A DNA stretch of 64,000 nt from the human T2T-CHM13v2.0 reference genome, Homo sapiens: NCBI RefSeq assembly GCF_009914755.1, contig NC_060935.1; one strand, written 5' to 3'. This document shows, one piece after another, positions 41,000 to 56,500 of the stretch. A program made the position numbers and the translations under genes. Below the pieces are notes generated by a model that searched no databases, was not told where the DNA came from, and saw only the letters and a list, made by a program, of their open reading frames with translations. How positions within the stretch are numbered: position 1 is the stretch's first letter; each line of letters opens with the position of its first letter.

Positions 41000-41480
41000 T
41001 GAGACAGAAAGTGAGATAGCAGGAGGTGTTGGCAGGAGGATAGAAAAACCCAAAAAGCTGAAACAGGAACTAGGCGAAGAAACCACAAGATAACAGAAAA
41101 CCCAAAATAAGGGAGAGAAAACGGCCTGAGCCACAGCGGTCAGGGTGATATATCCAGGACTCTTCCAGGCAAACCCAAATTAGAGAGAAAGAGGGCAGTA
41201 ACCAGGGGGCGTCCCTGAAATCCCCTCTTTTTCCAGAACACCTGATGATTCCACCCTTTAATTAAAGAAACGTCCACAAAATTAGAAACTCAAACTTCTC
41301 ATGAGTACACTGTGCTTCCCTCTTGAGTGTGTACTTTGGATTTGCAATAAAAGCTCCTTGCCTTTCGCTTCACCTGACTTGTCTCTAAATTCTTTCTTGT
41401 GATGGTGTCAATAACCTGGAAACTGGCTGGGGCTGGGGTTTCACCAGCATCCAGAGACCCTGATAAGTCTCCCAGCAACA
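41000..41480 (+). mobile_element. ERV1 (MER4-group, MER66/MER41-like) solo LTR
   Basis: TG...CA ends; gagtgtgtacttt..gcaataaaagct polyA region; aaattctttcttgtgatggtgtcaataacctgga U5-like motif. Confidence 0.65.
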
Positions 41481-41984
41481 GTCTGGGCAGGTGAATTTAT
41501 CACCTTGACTGGAAAGGCAGAGACCCAAGCCTAGAAGGCAGAGGGCCTTGCCTGAGGTCTCCCTGTGGCAGCAGAAGCTGAACGCTGAGCCCCATCTTCT
41601 CACACAGAGTGGATGCCGTCCAGGCCATGGGGACTGCAGAGCTACCTGGCTGTGAGGTCCCTAGGCTCTGGGACTTGAACTGCCATGACTCCAAGAACCC
41701 TCCACATGAGAACAGTGGGGAAGAGGAAGCCAGGCATGGCAGAGGATGGCTCTGACCTTAGAGTTTCAGTCAACAGTAAGCTCAAAATGAACCAACAATG
41801 TCATGTGTCTGCCAAAGAGGTGGTGTGGAATGGGAGATTACAGTAACAGAAGATGAGACACCAGGTTAAAGACTTGAGAGCCCTCCCATAGCTCTGTGCT
41901 GAGAGGAGCAAAGATAGCTGGGTCTTGTTGTGGGGCTAGCATAGCAAGGACATTCAGAAACCCCATGCTACTTCCACCAGAAGG

Positions 41985-42950
41985 ACTATACTGACAAAGG
42001 CCAACTAAACCAAGTGTTGGAGACAATATGGAGCAACTGGAATGCTCACATTCAGCTGGCGAGAGTAAGTGGCGCTCCCACAGTAGAGAAAGGTTTGGTG
42101 GTCTCTACAAAGCTGCAACATGCCTAATGATGTGGTTTGGCTGTGTCCCTACCTAAATCTCATCTTCAGTTGTAGCTCCCACAATTCCCACATGTTGTGA
42201 GAAGGACCCAATGGGAGGTAATTGAATCATGGGGATGGGTCTTTCCTGTGCTATGCTCATGATAGTAAATAAGTCTCACCAGATTTGATGGTTTTATAAA
42301 GGGGAGTTTCCCTACACAAGTTCTCTTCTCTTGTCTGCTGCCATGTGAGATGTGCCTTTCATCTTCCACCATGATTGTGAGGCTTCCCCAGCCAGGTAGA
42401 ACTGTGAGTCCATTAAACCTCTTTCTTTTGTAAATTGCCCAGTCTCAGGTATATCTTTATCAGCAGCGTGAAAACAGACTAATTCACCTACCCTATGTCT
42501 CAGCTACTTCACCCCTCGGTAAACACGCAAGAAACACACATATATGTGTCCCAAAAGACATATATGAGAATGTTCTTAACATAAAAAGCCCATCAGTAGT
42601 GGAATGGATAAATGGTGGTATCTTCATATGATGATGAATCTGATCAATGATGATGAATGGACTATGTTACACATAACGTCATAGATGAATCTCACTGATA
42701 CCATGTTCAGTGAAAGAAGCTAGGCACAAAAGAGCACATTCTGCATGATCACATTAAGTCGAGTTCAAAACAGGCAAAACTCATCTGTGGCGACAGAAGC
42801 CAGGCTGGTGGCTCCCTTGCAGGGTGCGATGACTGGAAAGGATGCTGGGCTTCTGGGGAGGATTCTGGTCAACCTCTGTCTCAAGCTGTAAACTTCGATT
42901 TGTGTACTTTTCTGTCTGTGAGTCATGCCCTTCAATAAAGCATGTGCTAT
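41985..42950 (+). mobile_element. L1ME 3' remnant interrupted by THE1
   Basis: ccaagtgttgg...ggagcaactggaa; gatgaatctcactgatacc...aagaagctaggcacaaaagagcacattctgcatgat. Confidence 0.8.
42128..42486 (+). mobile_element. THE1B solo LTR
   Basis: tgatgtggtttggctgtgtccc...cagcagcgtgaaaacagactaattca; TSD cctaa/cctac. Confidence 0.92.
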
Positions 42951-43955
42951 AAAAATAGCAGAACAGGAGCTATGAGGAAGATTTGGAGGAATTCGGGGTG
43001 GATGGTCTGGGGACGAGGCCTCTTGGGGGATGTCATACTGTCTTTGAGCATCTGGAGGTGAGTCCCATGAAAGGACATTCACTTTTGTCTTCACAACTCC
43101 ATGGAGGAGAACAGGCCCCACAGTTGGAGCTGGTGGGGTCAGGGAGATGCAGGGAGACTGACTTGGGGAAGTAGGAGAAGAACTTTCTGGTATGCAGAAC
43201 TTTCCAAAGAGAAGCCATCCGTGGCTCCCTGTCAAGCTTCAGCTGTGTGCTCCCCTGTAGGGGCTGTGAACATCCGAGGCCCCCCCACAAGCCCAGGTGC
43301 AATGACCTCCACTTAGTCTGTGCTTCCTGCTAAGAGGTCCTTGTCACATAGTGAGGACCCTAAATTTCCCAGCCAGGGCAGCAGAGCTCAGGGGTCCAGA
43401 TGGCCCTGCGTCCAACCCTGCCCAGCTTCTCTGCTAATAACCATTATTATCACAAGGAGAGCACCAGCACAGGTGGTACATTTCATGTCTTGTGCTGAGA
43501 CATTGCTTCAAACCCACCAGTTTATAACCTTTGGCTGTTGCAGGCACATGCTTGAAGCAGAAGGCGGGAGGGAGGAGCTTGAACCAACAGCCTCCTTTCA
43601 TTATTATTATTATTTTGGGGGAACAATCCATTCCTGTAACAGATTTACTTCTACTTTTTATTGTGGTAAAATACACATAAAATCATATTTATTATTTTAA
43701 TCATTTGTGAGTGTACAATTCAGTGTCATTAAATACATTCACAGTGTTGTATGATCATTACCATCATCAATCTTCAGAAAGTTTTCATCTTCCCAAAAGG
43801 AAACTCTGTACCCATAAAACAATAATCTTCCTCTCCCCCTCCTCCAGCCCTAGTAACCTGTATTCTACTTTCTGTTTATGAATTTGCCTATCACAGGCAC
43901 CTCATATTTGTGGAGTCATATGGTATTTGTCCTTCTGTATTTGGCTTATTTCACT

Positions 43956-43957
<2 letters not shown>

Positions 43958-43994
<37 letters not shown>
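43958..43994. repeat. (TA)n microsatellite, ~18 units
   Basis: Pure TA run next to an Alu tail. Confidence 0.95.
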
Positions 43995-44265
<271 letters not shown>

Positions 44266-44708
44266 TAATGTTTTTCAGGTCCATTCATGTTGCAGCATGT
44301 ATCAAAATTTCATGTATTTTCATAGTTTTCATAGTTGAATAATATTCCATTGTCTGGATGTATTATACTTTGTTTATCCATTCATCTGTTGATGAACACT
44401 TAGGTCGATCCCACCTTTTGGCTCTGAATAATGTTACTGTGAACACTGGTGTGCTTTCAGTTCTTTTGAGTACGTATCTAGGCATGAAATTGCTGGGTCA
44501 TATTTAGTTCTATGTCTAAGTTTTTGAGGAACCACCAAACTGCACAAAGCTTCCAGTTTCTCCACACCCTCACCAACATTTGCTATTTTCCTTTTTTTTT
44601 CCTTCAAGTAATAGCCACCCTAGTAAGCATGAGGTGGTATCTCATTGTGGTTTTGATTTGAATTTCCCTAATGACTTTTCCTATGCCTGTTGGCTATTTG
44701 TATATCTT

Positions 44709-45016
44709 CTTTTTTTTTTTTTTTTTTTTTTTTTTGAGATGGAGTCTCGCTCTGTCGCCCAGCCTAGAATGCAGTGGCGCCATCTCGGTTCACTGCAAGC
44801 TCCGCCTCCCGGGTTCACGCCATTCTCCTGCCTCAGCTTCCTGAGTAGCTGGGACTACAGGCGCCCACCACCACGCCCAGCTAATTTTTTGTATTTTTAG
44901 TGGAGACAGGGTTTCACCGTGTTAGCCAGGATGGTCTTGATCTCCTGGCCTTGTGATCTGCCCATCTCAGCCTCCCAAAGTGCTGGGATTACAGGCTTGA
45001 GCCACCGCGCCCGGCC
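44709..45016 (-). mobile_element. AluY-family element
   Basis: Y diagnostics (gcaagctccgcc, ttcacgccattc, gtgttagccaggatgg); TSD atcttcttt. Confidence 0.95.
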
Positions 45017-45171
45017 ATCTTCTTTAAAGAAATGTCTCTTTGTGTCCTTTGCCCATTTTGAATTGCATTGTTGGTTTTTATTGTTGTTGAGTTGTAGGGG
45101 TTGTTTATGTATTCTGGATATTAATCTCTTCTCAGATATACAATTTGCAAACATTTTCTTCCATTCTGTAG

Positions 45172-45519
<348 letters not shown>

Positions 45520-46481
45520 TAATGTCCTTTGATGCAAAAAAAATCTTAATTTTGATGAATTCCAATTTATCTATCTCATTTCTTTCGTTGTTTGTGCTTT
45601 TGATGTCATACCTATGAAGTTGTTATAAAATCCAGTGTTAAAAAGATTTTTCCAGTGTTTTCTAACTAAGAGTTGTATGGTTTTAGCTCTTCAGTTTAGG
45701 TCTTTGATCCTAGTTAACTTTTGTATATAGTGCAAGGTAAAAGTCCAATTTCATTCTTCTGTATGTGAATAGCCAGTTTTCCCAACACCATTTATTGAAA
45801 AACCTATTCTTTCCCCATTTGAGTGGTCTTGGTACTCTTGTCAAAAATCAATTGATCATATATGTGAGGGTTCATTTCTGAGCTATCTATTCTATTTCAT
45901 CAGTCTATATGTCTGTTCTTATGCTAGTACCATACTCTTAATTAATGTAACTTTCTAGTAATTTTTTTGAAGTTGGGAAATGTGTGTTCTCCAACTTTAT
46001 TCTTTTTCAAAGTAATTTTGACAGTTTGGGGCACCTTGCAATTTATACACATTTCAAGATTGGATTTTCCATTTCTGTGAAAAAGGCTCTTGGAATTTTG
46101 ATAGGAATTATGTTGTATCTATAGAACATTTTGGATAGTATTGACATCTTAACAATGTTAAATCTTTCTATCTGTGAACATGGGATGTCTTTTCATTTAT
46201 TTAGATATCCTTTCATTCTGTTCAGCAGTGTTTTGTAGTTTTTAGCATGAAAGTCTTTCATTTCTTTGGCTAGGTATTTTCCTAAGTATTTAATTATTTT
46301 AAATGCTATTATATATGGAATTGCTTTCTTAATTTTCTTTTCAGATTATTCATTGCTGGTGTATAGAAACGCAACAGACTTTTGTGTGCTGATGTTTTGC
46401 CATGCAGCTTTGATGAATTCATTTATTAGCCTAGTCACTTTCTTGTGTATTCTTTGGAATTTTCTTTATAAAAGATTATGA

Positions 46482-46981
<500 letters not shown>

Positions 46982-47160
46982 TCACCATTGAATATGATGT
47001 TAGCTATAGATTTTCCATAAATACCCTTTATCACGTTGAGAAGTTTTCCCTTTATTCCTAGTTCACTTAGATTTTTATCATAAAAGGTGCTGAGTGTTTT
47101 CAAATGCCTCTTCCACATCAACTGTGATGATCATGTGGGGTTTTTATTTTCCCTTCATTC

Positions 47161-47467
47161 TATTATTTTTTTATTTATTGGACTTAGGATCTCACTCTGT
47201 CATCCAGGCTGGAGTGCGGTGGCACAATCAGAGCTCACTGCAGTCTCAAACTCTTAAGCCCGAGTGATCCCCTCATCTCAGCTTCCCAAGTTGTTGGGAT
47301 TACAGGCACACACCACCAAGCCTGGCTAATTAAAAAGAAAACAAAACTGTAGAGATGAGGTCTCGCTATTTTTTCCAGACCGGTCTTGAAATCCTGGCTT
47401 CAAGCAATCCTCTCATCTTGGCCTTCCAAAGTGTTGGGATTACAGGTGTGAGCCACTGTGCTCAGCC
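47161..47467 (-). mobile_element. AluJ
   Basis: Reverse Alu; TSD ccttcattct. Confidence 0.9.
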
Positions 47468-49029
47468 CCTTCATTCTCCTAATGATCAATTATACTGGTT
47501 GATTTTCTTGTGCTGAATCACCTTGCTTTCTTGAGATAACTCCCACTTGGCCATGGTGAATAATCTTTTTAATACGTTATAGAATTTGGTTAGTTAATAT
47601 TTTGTTGAGGATTTTTGCATTTGTATTCCTGAGTGGTATTGGTCTGTAGTTTTCTTTTCTTATGATGTCCTTGTCCGGCTTTGGCGTGAGAGTAACGCTG
47701 ACCTCATGGAACGAGTTAAGAAATGTTCTGTCTTCTGCACTTTCCTGGAAGAGTTTGAGAAGAATTGGTATTAATTCTTCTTTAAATGTTTGGTAGAATT
47801 CACTCCTGAAGCCATCAGGTCCAGGGCTTTCTTTGTTGGGAGGCTTTTGATTAATGATTCATGCTTCTTACTAATTGTAGGCCTATTAGATTGCTATTTC
47901 TTCTTGAGTCAGGTTAGGTAACTTGTGTGTTTCTAGGAATTTGTCCATTTCTTCTAGGTTATCTAATTTGTTGGTGCTCAGTTGTCCATAGTATTTATTA
48001 TCTTATCATCCTTTCATCCCTGTAAGGTTGGTAGTATTGTCTCCACTTTCTAATTTTAGCTATTTGTGTCCTACCCTTATTCTGGAGATAAATAACTTGG
48101 TCATTACCCACTAACTATACTGAAAACACAGTTCTCCCCTGAACTGAGCCAGGTGAAAGTTATTCCCATCCCACGCCTGCCCAGGGCTTCCATGAGCAGT
48201 TTCCATTTCTGTCCTCCCGCCAGCTCCAGGCATCTCTGCTAGTACTTGTTGATGACCTTGGGTTGAACCTGCCTCATCTGGACCCCTATCTGCCCCAATG
48301 AGGGGGTTGGGGGGCCCTGGCCTTCCTCACACCTGTGTTCTATTTCCAAGATGGAGAGTGGGGCCCCATTCCTGGGGATACCCACCTTGTGGAGGGGCAG
48401 GAGAGGGACTCTCTTCCTGAGGAAGCCCTGCTTAGAGCTCCACAGGATTCTCTGCCACCCCCAGCACATCCTTCTGCAATGCCCCTTTACAAAGCGTCAT
48501 AGTCATGTGGGGTGAGAAGGGCTTATTCAGGCAGGAATCCACTGTCTCTCCACTGTCCCAAGGAGGACAGACCTGTGAATCTTTGGGATGGTGGGGGAAG
48601 TAAAATGCTTGTTCTTCTCAGGAGTTACTACATAATCGTTCAAACCACTCCAAATGCAAGAACTGGGCATTACAGTATCATTGGCTTTCTTGGTGGGGCC
48701 AAAAGCCATGTATTTCCAGACATTTAACTTGTAAGATGGGGAACTCTGGAGTCCAAAGACCCCTCCTCACATAACCCTGAGCCCCTCCCTGCCTCTCCTT
48801 GGCTATCACTCCCTCCCACCATAGCACCTTAGGTGGGGACTCACAGGGACCTGACAAAATGCCCGCAACGGCACCTGCTATGCACACACTAATTTAGCGT
48901 GTTGCGAAGGTGGCATTTTAATCCTTAGGGAAGATGGGACGGTCTAATTAGGGGTCCGGGATCCGTTAAAGCGAAGTCCCAGTCTCATCACTGATTCCAG
49001 AATGAATTCCTGGGGCCTCTGCCCACAGA

Positions 49030-49343
49030 GCACCTCCCTGCCCCTCGCCTGGAACACTGATCCGCAACCACTGTGTGCTTCAACCAGACCCTCCTCAAGT
49101 GTCTCAAGTGTCTCTGCTTGAACGAGACTTCCCCTCCCCACTCTCCTTCCCACGTCTAAAATGTCCCACATCCTGCCCCACCCAGCTCTGTCCCCTGCCT
49201 GGCTTCATGCCCTCCCCGCTGCTGAGCTTATCTCATCCTCCCATGGTTGGTTGATTCTTCTTTCACTATCAAGCTCATCCACTGCTGAATCCTCAGTCTT
49301 GGCACTGGGAATGAATGAATGAATGAATGAATGAATGAATGAG
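49030..49343 (+). mobile_element. L2 3' fragment ending in (GAAT)n
   Basis: ccactgctgaatcctcagtcttggcac followed by gaatgaatgaat tail. Confidence 0.65.
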
Positions 49344-50053
49344 CAAACCCAGGGACACATGAGTAGTTGGAAAATATAGAACCATATAAAAGCTAGGACA
49401 AATGTGTGTCCTCATGTAAAAGCTAGGACAAATGGGGGGACCCATTTACAGATAGGAATGAGACCACAGGAGCATGCACACCTAAGGTATACTGTCCCGT
49501 CACCCTCCCACCCCATCACACCCGCCATCAGCCCTCCCACCCCCGCCAAAGGCTCCAGTCCTGGGCGTCTCCTGCCAGTGCAGAAAGGGGGCTGTCTGAC
49601 TCTACAGCTGCAGCCTCCTGTCTGGGTGACGCCACACCTGTGGGATCAGAGGAGGAAGGGTCTGGACATTGCCAAGGCTGTGGCCTTCTCTGTCTAGGTG
49701 GTGGTCCAGGGTCCTCTGAACTACTGGGCTGTGACATCCACACAGTGTCTGCTGAGCTGGGCCACCTTCTGCAGAGAGAGAGCAGAGCACCCCCTTTCTG
49801 TAGGCTTTGCTGAACATTCTAGGGTGGGATCACCCTACAGGCCATTTCTGTCCCCCAGATACCCCCTCACCGAAGCCTCCCCCAGTGAAGCAGGTACAAG
49901 CCTGAGGGCCGCAGGTTCACCACTTCTCCCTGCAACGAAAAACGCCACATTCCAGCTGAGGTGCTGCTGGGCCCCAGCTGCAGAAACAGAAATGCACAGT
50001 TAACCAAGCTCTAGTTAAGAAAGATCTTTCTGAACTTAAAAAAGAACAAAATA

Positions 50054-50265
<212 letters not shown>

Positions 50266-50279
50266 GAACAAAATAATAG

Positions 50280-51090
50280 TGACCAAAAAGAAGTTCAAGA
50301 CATTTGATCATGAAATAAAAGTCTCTATATTAAGAAAAAAACCAAACTGATTACTCAAAAGACACTGCTAAAATACCACAACGCAGAAAACAAAAGATTA
50401 ATATATTGTTATATATAAAAAGCGCTTAAAAATCAACAAGACCAATGACCACTAGATGACTGACTAAAAGCTACATAGGAATTTCATGAGCAAAATACAA
50501 ATGGTTGATAATCCTATTTTTAAAAAGGTGTTTGTTCTCACTAGTAAGCAAAGAAATGTGATTTGCAGCCATTATAGACAAAATATCCTTACTCAGCAGT
50601 GTTGATGGCCGTATTCTCTTACAACGTTGGTGGGAATATAATTGCTACCAGCTTTCTGGAGGACAGTTTGGCACTATGCAGCTAGACTTCATATCTAACT
50701 TCTAAGAATGACTCTAAAAAACCCTTCTGCATGTGTGCAAAGACCTGTGTGCAAGTAGGAACATCACAGCACTTCCTGTAATGCGTAAAAGCTGGAAACA
50801 GCAAAAACAGGTCATTGATGAAACATCTGCTCTATAAAACATTATTCAGCCATTAAAAATCATGTTTCAAAAATGACTTAACACTATGGGGAAATAATCA
50901 CGGTCTGTTAAGTGAAATGCAGGAGACAAAACTGGTACCGCAATATGATACTGATTACATAAAATGAAACGTCTGCATACGCATAACAAATATACCACAG
51001 TGAAGCATACCAGCCTGTAAACACAGACACTGAGCAGTTTCCAATGCTCCAAATTTTTCAAGTTTTCTACAATAAGCATGAGCTATGGTG
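50280..51090 (+). mobile_element. L1ME 3' remnant
   Basis: ctttctggaggacagtttggca; aagctggaaacagc; ctgttaagtgaaatgcagg. Confidence 0.7.
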
Positions 51091-51093
51091 AAC

Positions 51094-51405
51094 TTTTTCT
51101 TTTTGTTTGTTTGTTTCTTTCTTTTGAGACAGATTCTTGCTCTGTCACCCAGGCTGAGTGCAGTGGCACTCAAAGCTCGCTGCAGCCTCCACCTTCTGAG
51201 CCAAGCGATCCTCCAACCTCAGCCTCCCATGTAGCTGGGACTACAGGAGCGCACCACCACACTCAGCTAATTTATTTTTATTTTTTGTAGAGATGGGGAC
51301 TTGCTGTGTTGCCCAGACTGGTCTTGAACTCCTGGACTCAAGTAGTCCTCCTGCCTCGGCCTCCCAAAGTGCTGGGATTAAAGGCGTGAGACACTGCACC
51401 CGGCC
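51094..51405 (-). mobile_element. AluJ
   Basis: Diverged reverse Alu. Confidence 0.9.
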
Positions 51406-51620
51406 AAAGGTCTTGTTATTATTATCTTTTTGAAGGCTATTTAACAACACAGGGCTGGGCTTATGATAAGACATTTAACGAACCAAATATCATACGAGAT
51501 AGACAGATAGATTAATAGGTTACCTCTGTGTGGAGTAACAGGCCATTTCAATTTTTAAATGATCCTCTGGCTGGCAGCAGAGCTGGGGAGCGCAAGGCGG
51601 TGCTCATTAATAGCAGTTGG

Positions 51621-51991
<371 letters not shown>

Positions 51992-52819
51992 CTACACTGA
52001 AGTGTAGTAAAGAAAAAAGATTTTTAATATAAAGAAGAAGGCACTCCCCGAACTCATCAATAACCCTGTGTGCAATGTTAAGGGCCCATCCTCTTGCTTT
52101 CCTCAGAAACACAGAGGCACCTCCCATAGGAATCAACGTGTAAAATTTGCAAACCCTTTAATCCAGAAATCCTCCCTCCAGGAACTTAGCCCACAGCGCT
52201 ATTCGCATGCGTGTTAAAGGACACGTGTCCAAGGTGGCTCCGTACAGAGTCGCTGATAAGAGGAGAACTGGGAACAGCACTCATGTCCATCAACATGAGA
52301 ATGGTCCCTAAAATGATGATGCAACCATGCAGGGGATGCTGCCAGGCAATGGAGATTATGCCCTGCTTTCTGTTTTTATTGACATGCAAAGATGACCTCG
52401 CTGTACCAATCTGTGAGCAAAACAGGTTTCAGGAAAGCAGGTCTAGAACAATCCCATTTTTTAAGCAGCCAATGTATATCTCCATGTGTCTCTAGGCATG
52501 GGCAGCTGCCCACGGGGTCACCTCTAGCCCTCCAAGTAGTGTTGGGTGGTGATGGCCGTGTTCTCCCCTGCACACATGGCATGGGTTGCCAGCTTGGTCG
52601 TACCCATTGCACCACTCTACTGGCCTCACCCCTGCCCAGTAGAGACCAGCAGCTCCTTCCACAGAGACAGCATGAGGCCCAGAGAGGGAGTGTGTGACTC
52701 CAAGTCAGATTTCCCAATACCTGCATGCTCTTACCTCGGCCCTAAGGCAGGCCCAGAGGTGATGTGAGGATTCACAACCAGACACTGGAACACTGAGATA
52801 TTTTTTAAAAATGTGTTTG

Positions 52820-53118
<299 letters not shown>

Positions 53119-53124
53119 TGTGTT

Positions 53125-53499
53125 TGGTATGGTTTCGTTTGGCTGTGTCCCTACCCAAATCTCATCTTGAATTGTAGCTCCCATAATTCCCATGTGTCAT
53201 GGGAGGTACCTGGTGGGAGGCAATCGAATCATGGAGGCAGGTCTTTCCTGTGCTGTTTTTGTGATAGTGAGTAAATCTCACAAGATCCAATGATTTTATA
53301 AAGGGGAGTGGGAGTTTCCCTGCACGCACTCTCTTGTCTGCTGCCATGTAAGATGTGCTTTTGCTCCTCCTTGCCTTCCACCATGATGGTGAGGCCTCTG
53401 CAGCCACGTGCAACTGTGAGTCCATTAAACCTCCTTCCTTTATAAATTACCCAGTATCAGGTATTGTCTTTATTAGCAGCGTGAGAACAGACTAATACA
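53125..53499 (+). mobile_element. THE1C solo LTR
   Basis: tggtatggttt...ggctgtgtccctacccaaatctcatcttgaattgtagctccc...gtgagaacagactaataca. Confidence 0.92.
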
Positions 53500-55939
53500 G
53501 TACACTACAATTTAGACTTCTAGTGACTATACCTGGAGCCCCCTGTTCTCCACCTCTCTCTCACAGGTACACACACAACCATCCACTTATTGAAGAGGAT
53601 GAGCAAGGGCACAGCCTCAAGCCCACTGCCTGTGTTTGAATTCTGAGTGGTTTGCTAACTATGTAGATTTGGGCAAATCACTTAAAACTCGTTTTCTTGT
53701 CTGAAAAATTGATAGTAAAGGTGCTTACCTTGCGGGCTATTGCAAAGGACAAAATAAAGTCTAGTATGTGTATTTGTTCGTCACTGCATTTCCAGAGCCT
53801 AGAACAGGGCCTGGTGTGCAGTAGGTGCACAATGCGTGTCCGTGGAACCAGCAGCAGGCCCTCTACCTGCCTGCCAGTGCAGGCACTGGTCAGTCACCAT
53901 GACAAAGCTGATCTGCCTGCCCCTCACACACTTGCTCCCCAATCCCTTCACTTGGTGACAGCCTTCCCCGACACCCTTGGGCGCCCGGCCCCTGGGACGC
54001 CTGTGGAGCTGTTGGGGAGAAGGAAATCTGAGGCCCCCACATCCTGACCCAGGACCAGCTGGCCTTGCGGATTCCAGAACTTTCTGAAGCAGCCAGCCGG
54101 CCACCAGCCAGGAAGCGGAAGGTGCAGAAATAGAAACGCACAGAGAGGCAATTGCTCCTTTTGCCCTGCAAGGAAGGGAAGCCGGGGGAGAGGGGCCAGG
54201 AGAGGAAGCTGAGGGGCAGAGGAGAGGATGGGGAGGCCAAGGACGGCGGGATGGGGTTCCAGAGCTTGCCGGACCTCGGCCCCCGCCTGCTCCCATGTCC
54301 AGTGCCCTGGGTCAGGGCTGTGGGGAGCAGCTTTCAACACCTTCATTTTCCTGACAAGATCCCAAAATGAGGAGCTCTGATTTGCTCTGAATGCGACTTG
54401 AAGCCAGGCCCCGGGGAAAGTATTTGTGGCAACTTTCAAGGGTTGATGCTGTGGCTGGCAGCAGAGGTGGGGGGCAGGAGGGGGGTGCTCACAATGGTCG
54501 TTGGCTGACTGACTGACTGAATGAATGAATGAATGAGTGAGTGAGTTGTGGCCAGCCCTATACCCCAGCAGAGCCACTGGGCTTGAGGACAGGACCCTGC
54601 CTGCTGGCCACGTACCTAGACAGCCACAGACAGAAAACACGCTTAGCAGGCTGCACTGAGGCGGAGAAATGAGATCTGGCCCCAGCTCAGCTCTGCTGCA
54701 TCCCAGGTCATCCGAGGATGTCACTGGCCTTCTCAGCCTCACACCCCTTCCTCCCAGTCTGGGGTGAGACCCTCACACTCCACAGAGCGTCAATGGGAGC
54801 CCAGGGCGAGCCTGGCTGGTACTGGCCTACTGAGACCTGGGCTTTTCCTGTATTCTCCCACGCAGAGTATAGCAGGAGGCCCCCCAAAAGTGTCCTCTAG
54901 TCCAGACTCCCCCACTGCAGCCAGCCTACATTCTAGAGCTGACATGGGCCAAGACCAGGAAGGAAGGGCCACCTTCCCTGAAGGACACTGACTCCTCAAC
55001 CCCTGTGCTCAGCCGACCTTGCGAAGTTGGAAACACACTGCCCTCCTAGGCTGAGCTGAGCCCTTCCCAGCTCGCAGCCCAGCGGGTCCCTGAGGTCCCA
55101 TAGAGGGGGCTGGCAGTGGCTTCTTCCAGGCAGGGCCCCAATGCCCACCACCCACCTTGGAAGGTCTGGCTGGAGGGGTCTCTGAGGACAGGGACCATGA
55201 CAAGGTTCCCCTTGCCTCCCCCATGCTATGGCCCTGGCCCTCCTGCAGAGCCCACGGTCCTGGCAGGGGCCACACAGGATCCCTGCACCCGTGGCCCAAC
55301 CACAGGCTCGGCCACCATGCACACGGCACAAGCATCTGCTCCCTGGCCTTCCTGACAGGCAGCGGGCGCCCTGGCACTGGCGGGCGGGCAGGCGGCGTGT
55401 GCAGGTTGGGGCCGCCCAGGGGCAGGAGTGCAGGCCTGCAGTTGACAAGGCCTGGTTTCCTGCTCTCACTCTGGGGAGGAAGAGGAAGATGACAAGCAAA
55501 CCAGTGCTTGTCAAGGAGTCATCTAAACACGCACTCAGAGGCCACTTCCAAAGACCGCCCTGAGGCAGTCCAGGGTCCATCGCCGACCACCCTCCCCAAA
55601 AAAGAATGACATCAGCCAGGTGACAGCAGCAGGCAGGTACAGATGGGGTCCTCTAGGGATGGCAGATTGCCAGGGAGCCTGGTCACCCTTCCCTAAGGGT
55701 CAACTCAGTTTCTCAGCCATGGACCAAGGTGCCCCTTTGTCCTGTGAACTTTGAGAAGCAGAGGGCCCTTCTCTTTGGAGTCTGAGAGAAGCCCAGGAGA
55801 AGAAGGAATGAAACCCTGCACATCTCATCTTCTTAAAATGCAGATTCAGGCCTGTTTTTCCAAGTCCATCACCAAACACAAGGTCTTTCCAAATTAGGTG
55901 CTGAGCTGAGCTCATATTCCCAAAATGCACACTCCCCTC

Positions 55940-56500
55940 CTTTTTTTTTTTTTTTTGCTTGGGAATGCTAAAAAATAAAAAGTTATATGACGTGTCTTTT
56001 TAAATAGCACACACTTTTCCGCTAATCAAGAAAAATCGAGCCTGTGTTTTGCTGAAGTGATGTGATTTTTTTCCCCCTCATTTTATTGTGCAAAGGAATT
56101 CGAGTCAGGCGGCCACATCCAGAGGCAGGAAGGGTGTATAGAAAGTTCAAAATTAGCAATTCCCTGGACTCCCTTTCAGATGCAAGGGCGAAAACGGACT
56201 TGGTCTGAGAGCTACGTTTTCCTCCTTGGAATCTAGGAGGTTTCATTAGTAGGAGTTCCTTTTTTATGGCCTTGTTTTCCTGCAAGTTAAAAGAAGAGGG
56301 TTTGATTTCACCTCGGCAGGTCGCTGAGGGTCTGAGCCTCCAGTGAGCCTTCTCACGTGTCCACTGCCCTGATCAATGTATTGGCTTCAGAAAGAACAAA
56401 CAAGCCAAGCCCGTCACAGGTGATTTATAGCATCTGCGCCTGATGGGTGGTCATGATTCATGGCACTTCATTAAACCTGAGCGCAGCCGCTTCCTCTGCA
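55940..56500. promoter_or_regulatory. Repeat-free block with clustered HOX/PBX-HOX-type motifs, candidate developmental enhancer
   Basis: ttttatggcc 56262, tgatcaat 56370, tgatttat 56421, tgattcatgg 56454, tcattaa 56468. Confidence 0.4.

Noticed and set aside
53948-55580. 264-aa and 194-aa minus-strand ORFs
   Set aside because: No domain similarity; the longer one reads through a (TGAA)n L2-tail repeat.
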